Positions 19,701-31,202 of a stretch of DNA of 64,000 bases are shown one piece after another. How positions within the stretch are numbered: the first letter of the stretch is position 1; the number at the start of each line of letters is the position of its first letter. Location: contig CM059435.1 in the NCBI GenBank assembly GCA_030390025.1, positions 101,122,001-101,186,000 of the forward strand. Reading direction: 5' to 3'. Under the pieces are notes generated by a model. That model worked only from the letters and a program-made list of their open reading frames with translations. It had not been told where the DNA came from and did no database searches. Origin of the DNA: Squalus acanthias. Its lineage: Eukaryota. Made by a program: the position numbers and the translations under genes.

Positions 19701-22700
19701 CATCACAAAGTCTTCTAACATTTAGAATTTGGCGGTCAATCTGGCCAGTTAGAAATACGTGGGTTTAGCCAACTCTGTGAAACTTTAAGCCATATCAAAA
19801 ATGGAACTGGAGCTTGCATTGTGGGCTGTAGAGAGGCACAAAAGGATAGAAAACACACAGAAAATAAGATTTTAAAGGAACTGAAAACTTACGAAGCTGC
19901 CATGCTGTGTGTTTCCTGTTGGGCAGAGAAACTCAGGCCTTCTTTTGAGGTCGTTTAACTCTAACGCATATTATTTACGCAACAAGTTTCTCAAATCTAT
20001 CTCGCAATACTGTTTTCATTTTCATTATTACAATTGCACATGGTATATTTACCTGTCACTGTAAACCGTTTAAACCCTATTACAAAAATTCCAGTAGATA
20101 GGTCTTAATTATGTTTAACGGTAGTAACAACCATTATCCTTCGTGCACTGCAACAAACTGTCATATTAAAGTAACATTGTATCTCTAGTTTGCAACTGGA
20201 ATGTCTTGAGTACAACATTATTGGATAACACGTATAGCACTCGTTAATAATTGATACAATCACTCATTAATAATGGATGCAATAACCTTACATAAAAATA
20301 ATCTGTTACAACCACTATTTTAAGCTAATGACATCAGGTTGGTGCTGCTTTTAAAAAAAAAGAAATCCTCTTTAAAATTTAGCAACGATATTATTTGTGT
20401 CTGATATTAACTATGACGATTAGTGTCTGACTTTACATCCAAAGAAAGCACACCTCATATATGCAAAAGACAAGCAATAACGTGCTCGAGATCAGAGGTT
20501 GGGATTTAATCTAGGTTGTTTCCAGTGGGATTTGGTTGCAAAATTATCAGCTCAAGAACTAATGAAAGTGATTCGAGTTGGAGATTTTATCTGCTATGCA
20601 CAGAGTGTTTAAAGGTCTCGTTTTCACAAACTAACCTTTAATGTTTAATTCAAAAAGGAGTATTTATTTTTATTCCAAAACACAGCTTAGTCGTGATTAT
20701 TTCATGTCAAATGACCAAAGGCAGTCTATCAGAAACCTGAAGCATTCATGGTTAAAGAAGTAATTAACTAGTAGTAGTAACAAGCAAAACCCGCCATATT
20801 AAATCTCAGATTTTGGTCTAAGTTTTTCAATCAGTATCTTCAATGGTTGGTGGCAGACTCCTAACGTTCAACCACTTTGTTCGCATTTCCTGCTTAAATC
20901 TGCAAACCCATGAAATGAAAGTCAGTGGCATCAGTGCTGCTAACCCCATGCGCTAGATCTTCAGACAGTGGCTATTGTTTGAGTCCAATGAGGGACAATG
21001 CTCCAACTAGTGCACTCTACCCCTTTGTGCTGTGTGGGAATGTTTAGCGAGAAACAAAAGTTATTGCATATATTAATTTCCACATCTTATCGATAAGCAG
21101 TTATGTTGGGTGTCTTTTTATCAATTCATATTTCCCTATCGAGTAACCAGGCAGGAGTCGGCGGTGAGCTCCTTTCTCTTTAATTGGCTGACGCACGTTT
21201 GCCAGACCCAGGGGTCCTCCCACCATATTCGCAGTTTCCATACGAGTCAGATAACATTCCGAGATTGCACGTCAGCCCCGATAAATCAGTACTGCTGAAG
21301 GAGAGATCATATTGGCCGCTGTACAAGTTATCGTGCTGTACAGTGAGAACCCAGCTCGAGTTAAATGTGTTGATTGCATGATTTAGGTACAGTATTTTTA
21401 TTGGGTTTGAACACGATTTTTTTTTAAACCCACATCACCTCCTGTGAACATTTCAGTGGTCATGTAACTTCGGCAACCTGTACATAGAGCATACAGATAG
21501 CCAATCCAGGGCACACTGCGCCAACTGCTTGTCCATGCTTGCGCTTCAAAGGGGCCAATGCAGCAGAACTTCCCCCTTGTGGGGTCTTGGAAAAGCAGCT
21601 CACTTTGATCTCTCTTGGAAGTCGATTAGAACAGCAAAACTCAATGTCGTTTTCAGCTGTCTTTCTACTGAGTTCCAGTAAAGTAGTGAATGGAAAGTGG
21701 CACGCATGCGTGTAGCATGGGAGACGTGCAAAAGGTCGCAAAGACAAGTCTTCAAACGGTCTGACAGCTGTAATACAAATGTGGTTGCGTTCCCCATGCA
21801 GGTTTGAACTAACACTATGCAGTATTTGTATCTAACTCACACGCATCGTAACTTGCAAAATATTTCAGACTGTATCAAACAGTTAGAAGAAGATGGTTCA
21901 AATAGGATCTGAATGAAACCCACGGGGCAAAAACATGTGAATATACTTCGTGACACTCAGAGTTTTATAGGGACTATGTGGAATCTATTTTATGATACAA
22001 AGAGTTGACAACAATTTAACATCGGTTGTGCAGATCAGAATTTTAGGATTAAAAGAGTAAAGGAGGAATCGGTTGTTTACACACAATCATTAAACACTGC
22101 CAGTAATTTACTTCCTGTATATATATATCCAATATATTATTTCCACTAAATATATTTGCAAAAGGAATCGACTACAAAGGATGGGTTATCGATTTTTTAA
22201 TTAGAAAGAAAATACGTCATTATTCCCATTGTCTGTTGGTGTTCAAGTGTTGGTGGATTGGAGAGGTTTGATCTTGCCGTCTAACAGCAGTTGTGTTTGT
22301 TGGGAGTCCTTCCAGCACTTTCAGCACCTCGACTCCCAGCTCAGCAAAGAGCAGGAGTCAGTTTCCTCAACGTCCTATTGGTCTTGTACAGTGTGTGTTC
22401 ACTCTCGCTGTTCTGTTGCCATTGCTTGCTTGGTTTGGAAGTTGTTTTGATAACTGCTTTCGCAAAACATACCAAGTAGCTGCAGTAAAGTGGTGCTTCC
22501 TTTAAAAGGACGGCAACATGTCCCAACGGAGTTTAAAGTGTTGCCCAAGGATGCAGCATAACCTTATTTCACAAAAAAGCTCATTACTTTTCATCAGATT
22601 AAGGAGAATTTGAATAAACGACTTTTAATGTGTTTTAATACTTATTTTGTGAGCATTTATTTCTTTGTACATCGTTCACTAATTACATATGAGTTTTGAC

Positions 22701-24145
22701 TGCTTTTCGAATATCCCTTACGGAATTGGGATGATTTGTTTTCATAATGAAGTGTTTAAAGTTAGATAAGGGAGAATGAAAATAAACCAGATCAGAAAAT
22801 CCCACAGAAGGTTATACAAATAAAACGATATTACAGGCAAGTGGAAATCTATCCCTCTTCCACTGAATAGCTTTTCGGTTTCACTTAACCTGTTCCTAAT
22901 CTGACAAACACTCACTAATACGCTTCATTACCAATTTGATGATCACTTAGCGGTTTCCCTGACCCATTCAAACTTTTGGGAAAGTTTTGTCACCGGGGTG
23001 TGTGAATTTGCCCGACACTTTGGTGCGGGAGAATCTAGCACCTTTAAAGGGTCTGGTGAAGATGCAGCTGGGACGCATCTGTAACGGTGCGAATTTGCTT
23101 CAACCATAAAATCAGCAAACCCCAAAGAGCAGTAAAAATGCTGTTTTACAGTCTGTAGCCTGAGAAACGGCGTGTCAGGACTTTCGACAAGTTTGACCTG
23201 ACACGCAGTGCTCAAGACTGCTACACTGCCGATGGACACACATTCTGGCTTAAAAAGAAAGCCACAGCTTCTTCGTGTGTTTTATTGTATAGAGTCATAA
23301 TGCTAGTCTTTCCAACAATTTGAAATGTATGTTCGCGAATTCCTTAAACTAAGGCCCTAAAGCATCCAGCAATGAATGACCTGTGCTGATTTTATTACAA
23401 AATGTACGAAGATTTCTGTTAAGAGATTATTGCAGATGTGGGTTTATTTTCCCAGTGACGTTATATTGGTCTGACAAACAGAAATTGCAACAAGGAAATA
23501 TATCCAGCGGCAACGTTGCTAAAATGATCTGCTGTATGTGCTCTACACAGCAGGTACTGGCTGCTTTCACTGATTACGAGTTGTGGGTATCTGGTACTGA
23601 ACACCACACAAACTGTACACTGCATGCACTCACCCAGCCACTTCAGCACGATTTCTGTTTGAACATATACGAACTAGTAGGAAACGAACGGGAATAAAAC
23701 CTCAGACAAACCACTTAGCAAAGTACTTTGAGTCGATGTTCTTGGAGTGTTGCTTCGGTCCATTCAGTAACTTGACTCGACAACGGGTTGCCGACTATGT
23801 TAACGTTCACATAACTTCGAACAAACATTATTATGGAACTTGGAGTATATTTATTATTTGGATTTAAATCAATATACATCTATTAAAAGACAAGAGAGTA
23901 CTATATTTTTCTGATTCATTTAAACTATTATTACCCACGGGTCAGAAGTGATCCTCTTATTGGGATGGTTCAATGGAATTCCCTTATTTCTTGCTGGTCT
24001 CATTTCGCGGAATGTCCTAGCTGAGTTGTGGGAGGAGATCTTCCCGACCCAACAAGGGTTAATGAGATACCCATGGGACGGATCTTGGGTTAATGATATA
24101 GGGGAAGGACTGGATGCTAGTCGGTGTGACCGACCTCATCGTGTG

Positions 24146-24153
24146 TATATAAA
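24146..24153 (+). promoter_or_regulatory. myf5 TATA box
   Basis: TATATAAA 150 bp upstream of the myf5 ATG. Confidence 0.7.
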
Positions 24154-24295
24154 GAGCTCTTCAGTGTAAGCCCAAGGCACTTTACTCTGACCCTTAACCG
24201 ATGTTTGTCTTTGAACTCTATCGCCTAGTTTAGTTATACGGAAAGGTTGTGCGAGTTTTGCGTTTCAGTTAAACCTTGTTTCGGTATTATTACAA

Positions 24296-24799
24296 ATGGA
24301 TATCATGGTCGACTGCCACTTTTCTCCGTCCGATCTGTTTTATGATAATTCGTGCCTCTCATCGCCCGAGGAGGCAGACTTTGCAGATGATTTTGAGCAC
24401 GGCGCCGTTGTGTTTGGGGATCATAAGCTCGAGTCCCGTGGAACTGATGAAGAGGAACATGTCAGGGCTCCAAACGGCCACCACCAGGCTGGCCACTGTC
24501 TCCTGTGGGCTTGCAAAGCCTGCAAACGCAAAAGCTCCAACACCGATAGGAGGAAGGCAGCCACCATGAGGGAGAGGAGGAGGCTTAAGAAAGTGAACCA
24601 GGCTTTCGAGACTCTGAAGAGGTGCACCAGCTCCAACCCCAACCAGCGGCTGCCGAAAGTGGAGATTCTGAGAAACGCCATCAGCTACATCGAGAGTCTT
24701 CAGGAGCTCCTCAGGGAGCAGGTGGCCAACTATTATAGCCTCCCCGACAATGTCAACTCAGAGCCGGGAAGCCCCACATCCAACTGCTCGGACGGAATG
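24296..24799 (+). CDS. myf5: Myogenic factor 5, exon 1 (Cys/His region, bHLH)
   Basis: [17 protein letters not shown]; [28 protein letters not shown]; [46 protein letters not shown]; [14 protein letters not shown]; donor ATG|GTAAGC. Confidence 0.97.
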
Positions 24800-24834
24800 G
24801 TAAGCACTAGTTTATTTAATCTGTAACCCCCCCA

Positions 24835-24861
24835 CCACACACACACACAGACACACACACA
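24835..24861. repeat. Interrupted (CA)n microsatellite in myf5 intron 1
   Basis: cacacacacacacagacacacacacag. Confidence 0.85.
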
Positions 24862-26731
24862 GAATCAGTGTGCGTTCCTATTATTGGAGAATTAAAACAA
24901 TATGCATAGCTTAAACTGTCTGTATTAATGAGCATATACATGGTAAGAGCCCAGGTCTGAATCAGAATCTTTTTGTATGATCTCGTCTATTTAGCCCAGG
25001 AACGCGTCCCTTCCTATAATCAATATACCCGATCGCTCTGGCAGTTAACGTGCGGCGTGTCCGATTATTACATTAGATCAGTGTGTTCTTTGCACAACTA
25101 ATGCAAGACGAGAACATCTGGTTAGGGTAACCCATCCTTAATTAAAATATTTGTCCATAACATTTTCTTCTTCGCGCCCTGAAAGAAAACCTGATATCCA
25201 TGAGTCGGTAAATATCGATTACAAACGTATTCGCAAAAGCTGTTTCCTCTGACCATCAAACTAAGCCTGAAGTTTACAGTTAGTTACATTTTCCATTCTT
25301 TTAGAGAGCAGGGTGAATTGTGAAGGGTGGAAAATGCACGTGCGTGTGTGTAAGGAAAAGTTTACCAGTTTTATTCTCTAAGGCTGCCTTGCTCTTGTTT
25401 TATAAGGTGTCATCTCCGTTAATGTGTTGTTGGTACAGGATTTGCAATGACACCAACTCACCGGCTTCATAAATGGAATTGCATCAATAATGGGTCGCAG
25501 GAGTTACAGAACTACGCTCGATGTTACAATATACATGAAGACAGAAGGGGATTATAGCCAAATGGATTGATTTTACCAAACTAATTTCAATCTTAAATAT
25601 TTTAAATAAGGTTTAGTTAACTAGTGAACCAACCAGTGGACCAAAGATCAAAATACTTTAAAAATAAACGTTGCAGTGTTTTTAAAAACAAGCCTGTCCC
25701 TTTTAAATTTTGTTTTAAATGTTTTCCAAACGAGGATTCAACCAAGCTCAATGAATGAACAATAACGCTGTTTGTTCAGGTGCAATACTTCCAACGTTTC
25801 AATTCACTTATTAGTGTTCTGATTTCCCGTAGCTTTTTCATGTAGCATCAATATAATTCCACTGTGCAGCAGTCCCGACCAACTCTGATCCTTATCCATG
25901 TTTTAACTAGTAGAAGTCACTGAACGTTCACTTTGACACTATCTAAAGGCGGCATGTCGAAAACCAGAGTAAGAGTACAGCTGTAAGAATCGTCAAAAGT
26001 TGCATTCACAGTTGTCGGACATTCTGTTCTATGACATATTTCCTTAACTAACTTGGGAGAAAGGGAAGAGAGGAGCTAAAGTTAAACGTCTTCATCAGCA
26101 CTTGTTGAAAATTAGGTGAAATGCTCTCTGTAGCTCAGGGTTTGATTTCGATGGCGTCTGGGTCTCATTATGTGTGACCGACTGCTTCTTCTCGCCACTT
26201 CAGTAAAAGTTGCTGCCACACACATTGATCTCTTTGGATGCGGGGATGATGACTTTCCCACCTCTGCACATATTGCTATCCACAGGAGCCGAAAACAGCA
26301 GCAAGCTGAAGGCTGTGTTATTTGAAACAACAACCAGTGAAGCATTCTTATAGCACTACGTTTTAACTATTGGAGCCAAGGCTTTAATATGAATTTAGTA
26401 TGGGAAAATCTGACCTGGCACAATTAATGTAGCTTCCGTTAACTGCATAGACATGCAATCCATTTTCCATGGATAACACAATGCACATTTCTGTAAGGCA
26501 TACAGACATACCTAATGCTTTATGTGAGAAAACCATGGTGTGGCAAAGAAACCAGCTATGTCTAATCAACAGATGGGCATATTTCCGTCCAGGGGTAATC
26601 ATTGTTTTACTCATTCAAGACTCATGACATATACAGTATAAAGTGATATGTTACGGCGAATCTATATAAAGACTTAATTTAAAGGTTTGGAGGTTGCTTT
26701 ATTTTGATTACCTTATGCTTTTTTTTTGCAG

Positions 26732-26807
26732 ATGGGATGTAACAGCCCCGTCTGGTCTAGAAGGAACATCAGTTTTGACCGCATTTACTGTTCGGAATTA
26801 CAGAATG
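26732..26807 (+). CDS. myf5: myf5 exon 2 (MGCNSPVWSRRNISFDRIYCSELQN-V)
   Basis: polyT+GCAG acceptor at 26731; ATG|GTACGT donor; CNSPVWSR motif of MYF5. Confidence 0.95.
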
Positions 26808-27269
26808 GTACGTTTTTATTGTTCTCATGAATCCACTTTACACTTCATCATAAATCTGCCTTGAAACTGACGAAATTACACCTTGACTCGTAAGGCGCAG
26901 CTTGTGAAAACGACCAAGAACACAAGGCTCTCCAGTTAAGAAGGGAGATAGAAATATTTTAATGGTAGACTATTTCCTAAACTATGGTCGAAATGTCACT
27001 TTGTAGTTTGAACTCCCCCCCCCCCCCACCATTTTAAAGTAATAACTACTTTGTAACCATATTCATTGTTTGCTCTCATTCGTACTACATTTCTAAATAG
27101 GACTACTGATTCTTCCACTTCTCAAAGTTTGAGATAATGTTGAAGAACACGTGGTACAGTTAAAAAGCGGGTGTTACGGAAGGGGCCAGGGAATCTGATA
27201 TAGTTCATTTGACATTTTTTAAAGAGCACTTTACTAACATTAAACATTTTTGAATAATGTACTGTTTAC

Positions 27270-28378
27270 TTATAAAAAGGCCAACAACATTTTAAGGATT
27301 ATAAATAGGGGCATAGAGTATGAGTAAACAAGTAATGATACATTTACACAAAATATTGATTAGGCCACAGTTAGACTACTGTGTGCAGTTTTGGATGTTC
27401 CATTAGATAAAAAGAAAGAAGGAAAGAAAGTAGGAAGGAAAGACATTTATGTAACGCCTTTCAGGACCTCAGGACGTCCCAAAGCACTTTACAGCCAATA
27501 AAGTACTCTTGAAGTGGAGTCACTGTTGTAATGTAGAAAACACGGAGCCAATTTGCCCACAAGGTCTCACAAACAGTAATGTGATAATGACCAGATAATC
27601 TGTTTCAGTGATGTTGGTTGATATTGGCCAGGCCACCACCAGGGAGAACTCCTCTGCTCTTCTTCGAAATAGTATCATGGAATCTTTTATGTCCACCTCA
27701 GAGGGCAGATGGGGCCTCAGTTTAACATCTTATCCAAAAGACAGCACCTCTGACAGTGCAGCACACCCTCAGTACTGCACTGGCGCGCATCAGCCTAGAT
27801 TTTGTGCTCATGTCTCTGGAGTGGGCCTTGAACGCACAACCTTCTGACTCGAAGGCGAGGGCACTACCACTGAACCACAGCTGGCACCGTTAAAGAGCAT
27901 TAAAGCCTACAGAATAGATTCACCAGAATGGTCCTGAGAATGGGAAACTATTATTATGAAGGGAACCTTGAGATACTAGGGTTATTTTCATTGCAGTATG
28001 GAAGGCTAAGAGAAGATGAATAAAGTTTTGTAAAAGAAAGTTATGAAGCGTTTTGATAGAGTAAATGGGGAAATATTGTTTTCTGTAGTTGGGGGAGTCA
28101 GTGAGGAGCGGTCATCAACTTAAAATTGTGACTGAGAGTGAGCAGAGAGGTGAGGAGAAATGTCTTTACATGGAATAGGGAATGCTTTACCACAGGGAAT
28201 GGTTGGAGCAGAGACCATGGCATCTTTTAAGGGGATATATATTTGAACCAGGGTAAGATACAGGGCTATGGCATGAGACAGGGACTGTGGAGTTCGTTTT
28301 GGATAGCTCTGTGAAAAGCCTCACAGACAGCATGGGCCATAGCCTCCTTCTGTGATGTAAAGTTCTATGGTTCCATAA
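27270..28378 (+). mobile_element. Decayed CR1 3' fragment in myf5 intron 2, interrupted by a SINE
   Basis: ataaataggggcatagagta...ttaggccacagttagactactgtgtgcagttttgg; resumes at about 27890 and ends in gggccatagcctccttctgtg tail. Confidence 0.75.
27410..27887 (-). mobile_element. tRNA-headed Deu-domain SINE (SacSINE1-like) with L2-type tail
   Basis: Reverse strand begins with A/B-box-like head (tggttcagtggtag...gttcaagg), central gtggacataaaagattccatgatactatttcgaagaagag block, and (tttc)n tail; family name from recall. Confidence 0.75.
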
Positions 28379-28521
28379 CATATTTAAAATACGTGTTAGA
28401 GAAGTTAAAACATAGTAGATATGATTGCTATCTTCAGGATTGTTTGACATGTTTTTAACCGACTTATTTACACATTTGATCAGTTGTTTTTTTACCACAC
28501 GATCCATTTCTTTTTCTCTAG

Positions 28522-28706
28522 TTTGTTCCAGTAGCCGAGGCCTTGCTGTTTCCAGTTTGGACTATCTGTCCAATATAGTGGAGCGGATTTCACCGTCCCC
28601 CGAGCGTTGTCCTCTTTCAGGTCAGGACGGAAGGACCATATCCCCGCCCAGCAGCGATTGCTCGCAGCCCACCACGCCCAGCCAGCCTGTCTATCATGTC
28701 CTTTAA
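28522..28706 (+). CDS. myf5: myf5 exon 3 coding part (helix III SSLDYLSNIVERIS ... PVYHVL*)
   Basis: Pyrimidine tract + TAG acceptor at 28521; phase-1 join; C-terminal YHVL is MYF5-diagnostic; 504+76+185=765 nt = 254 aa + stop. Confidence 0.96.
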
Positions 28707-28883
28707 ATCCTCAAGCTGCCGACCTTCAGATTGGACGATTCCACCGCAACACACAACAAGCCACCATGTGGATTCAAAGCTTCAGACATAACTTGTTCTA
28801 TAAGTAGGACCACATCCTATTGTATATTTGTAAATAGCATAATATTCATTAGTTGTCAACAAAATAATTGTATTTAAGAATTA

Positions 28884-28889
28884 AATAAA
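28884..28889 (+). terminator. Probable myf5 polyadenylation signal
   Basis: AATAAA 180 nt after the stop, followed by T-rich sequence. Confidence 0.55.
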
Positions 28890-29223
28890 ATCATGAAAGA
28901 CTTTTTATAAATCTCGTTATTTTCACTTTTGGGTTCCAGTTGTCCAGCTGTGCAGATAAATAAATACGTTTTAAACATGTTACATTCCTGCTGTAGTATC
29001 ACCCCAAGAACTACACACTTGTGCTTTTTGAGGGGGAGAGCATTTAGGAACTGATGTCAATAAGAACGTGGAGATAAGGGAGCGTTACACTTTTCAACAG
29101 AAAACAATCCCAAGCATTATAGTTATTTTTCAGAACTGTCGTACTTCTTGTGAGATTTCGTGTAGCCTATCTTTTTGAAATAAACATCTTCCGTTTATTG
29201 AGGGAGCCAGCTTCGTACAAGAC

Positions 29224-29612
29224 GGGCAACACGGTGGCATAGTGGTTAGCACTGGTGCCTCACAGCGCCAGGGACCCGGGTGACTGTCTGTGTGGAGTTT
29301 GCACATTCTCCCCGTGTCTGCGTGGGTTTCCTCCGGGTGCTCCGGTTTCCTCCCACAGTCCAAAAATGTGCGGGTTAGGTTGATTTGGCTATGATAAATT
29401 GACCCTTAGTGTTAGGGGGGGAATTAAATATGTGGGGTTACGGGGATAGGATGGGATATGTGTCGGTGCAGGCTCGATGGGGATTCTGTGTGAGAAAGCA
29501 GGGACAGGGTACTGGATTTGGATGATCAGCCATGATCGTATTGAATGGTGGAGCAGGCTCGACGGGCCGAATGGCCTACTCCTGCTCCTAGTTTCTATGT
29601 TTCTATGTTTCT
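29224..29612 (+). mobile_element. HE1-like V-SINE (tRNA head, V domain) joined to a CR1 3' tail
   Basis: gtggcatagtggttagcact A box; tgtgtggagtttgcacattctccccgtgtctgcgtgggtttcctccgggtgctccggtttcctccca V domain; tail gggccgaatggcctactcctgctcct(tttctatg)n; B box deleted. Confidence 0.85.
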
Positions 29613-31202
29613 AAGTCTTTGGATTTCAATTGCTTGATTGAATTCTAATGAAGTCCCATTAAAGAACACAGGCCATCAACAAATATACAAATTAACTAGA
29701 ATTCATCATGAAGAGGGTTGCATAATATTTGAAAGAGGCTCGGTCGAACCGAGTTTATTATAGTTCCCGCATTTCCTCAGGACTGGGCTCCAGGAGTTTC
29801 ATCACTTCCTCTTCTCACTCATTCAGTACCCCTTGAAATTATTCCTGAATCATCAGAATTAATGGAGCCCAGCTGATCCTTGGGGCTGCACTTCCTTTTT
29901 AATGTTAGTCAAGTGTTGACAGTAAACAGGCAACTGTCCTAACATTAAGCATTTCATCCACATTTGGATGCCAGTTATGGTGCTCTGCTTTAAAGCTACT
30001 TTTACTTTTCAAAAGTGGATCCAACTGAACACGCCTCAATCTCCCATTCTAGATTGCACTTAGAAATGTTAAAAAAAAACATGCCTGTTCAGCAACGGTT
30101 GAAATCCACTGCTTTTGTGGGTCTTGGGAACAGGAACTGGATTCACTAGCTGTGCTTCTACCCAGTGCTTGCTGAAGAACAGTAGCAGATGGTCGAGTAA
30201 ATGGAGGAGAGGGGCGCTCCAGGAATCAGACCTGCAAAGTAAAGGTGCTTCCAAAGCAGTGTGACGGCAATATGCTCCCACACATGGTATCCCAATGAAG
30301 CAGTTTCTGTGCCACAGCGACAGACATTAATTAAGCAGTTTGTCAGTTTGGCATCTTTATATTATGTGCAAGACCTCCCGGAGGAGGTAACCACACATTG
30401 GTTTGACTTTTCACGGGTCACAGAAGTGCAACTGCTGTAAAATAAGCTTAAGTTTATAAAGAATGCAGGCGGTCAGCTGGACCGCTTAAAAAAAGTTTAG
30501 AAAGAGCTGACTAGTTTTATTTACATTAAAAAGTTCACCGACATTTGAATGTTGATGTGCCTTTGTTTAACTTCGCTCAGGTTAGGCAGCAGTATAAACA
30601 GGACAGTGTAACTCGTTATTGTCCATTCACCTCACATTATTCTGAAAATCATACTAATGTCAACTATAGGTGCAATATGGGAACAGGAACTGGATTCACG
30701 TCTTATACTAATGGTGCCAGTGCATCGCCATCACCAAATGAGCAGCGATTTAAATGGAGAGCTACAGTCACAACATCATTACAGAGTGGGGGAGACTAGC
30801 TCCCTGCATGCACACTGAAACCTATGCATTGAATCGGAATTACCTTCCTCCAACAGCCAGTGATATTTTCTGATCAAGAATATTAAGGGTACAGTCAGCT
30901 TTTTTCAATCAGTAGAAGATAGATAAGCAGTCTCTCCTGCATTGACAAAACATAGCTGAAATACCATTTTATTACTGATTGCAGTTATACGTCAGTCAGT
31001 ATAAATTAAAATCGACGTGAGACAGTTTCTTAATGGTTTTATTTAAAGAAAATAAAGATTTTCAACGATATAACACTTCATCTCTCTTGGAAATGTCCAA
31101 ACTGCATCATAGACAATTAATTTTTGAGTGCAGTATCTGCTGTTTTGTAGACAAACATGGAAGTCATTTTGTACACTATATGATACCAGAAAATAGCAAT
31201 TA

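Noticed and set aside
3291-24610. Possible gene conversion between myf6 and myf5 basic regions (all Arg codons AGG)
   Set aside because: Six other synonymous sites in the same 23 codons differ; codon bias explains it
24800-24826. ORF track extends myf5 to 24826
   Set aside because: Intron 1 read-through past the GTAAGC donor
29224-29285. tRNA gene
   Set aside because: SINE head only; T-arm/B box missing and followed by a V domain
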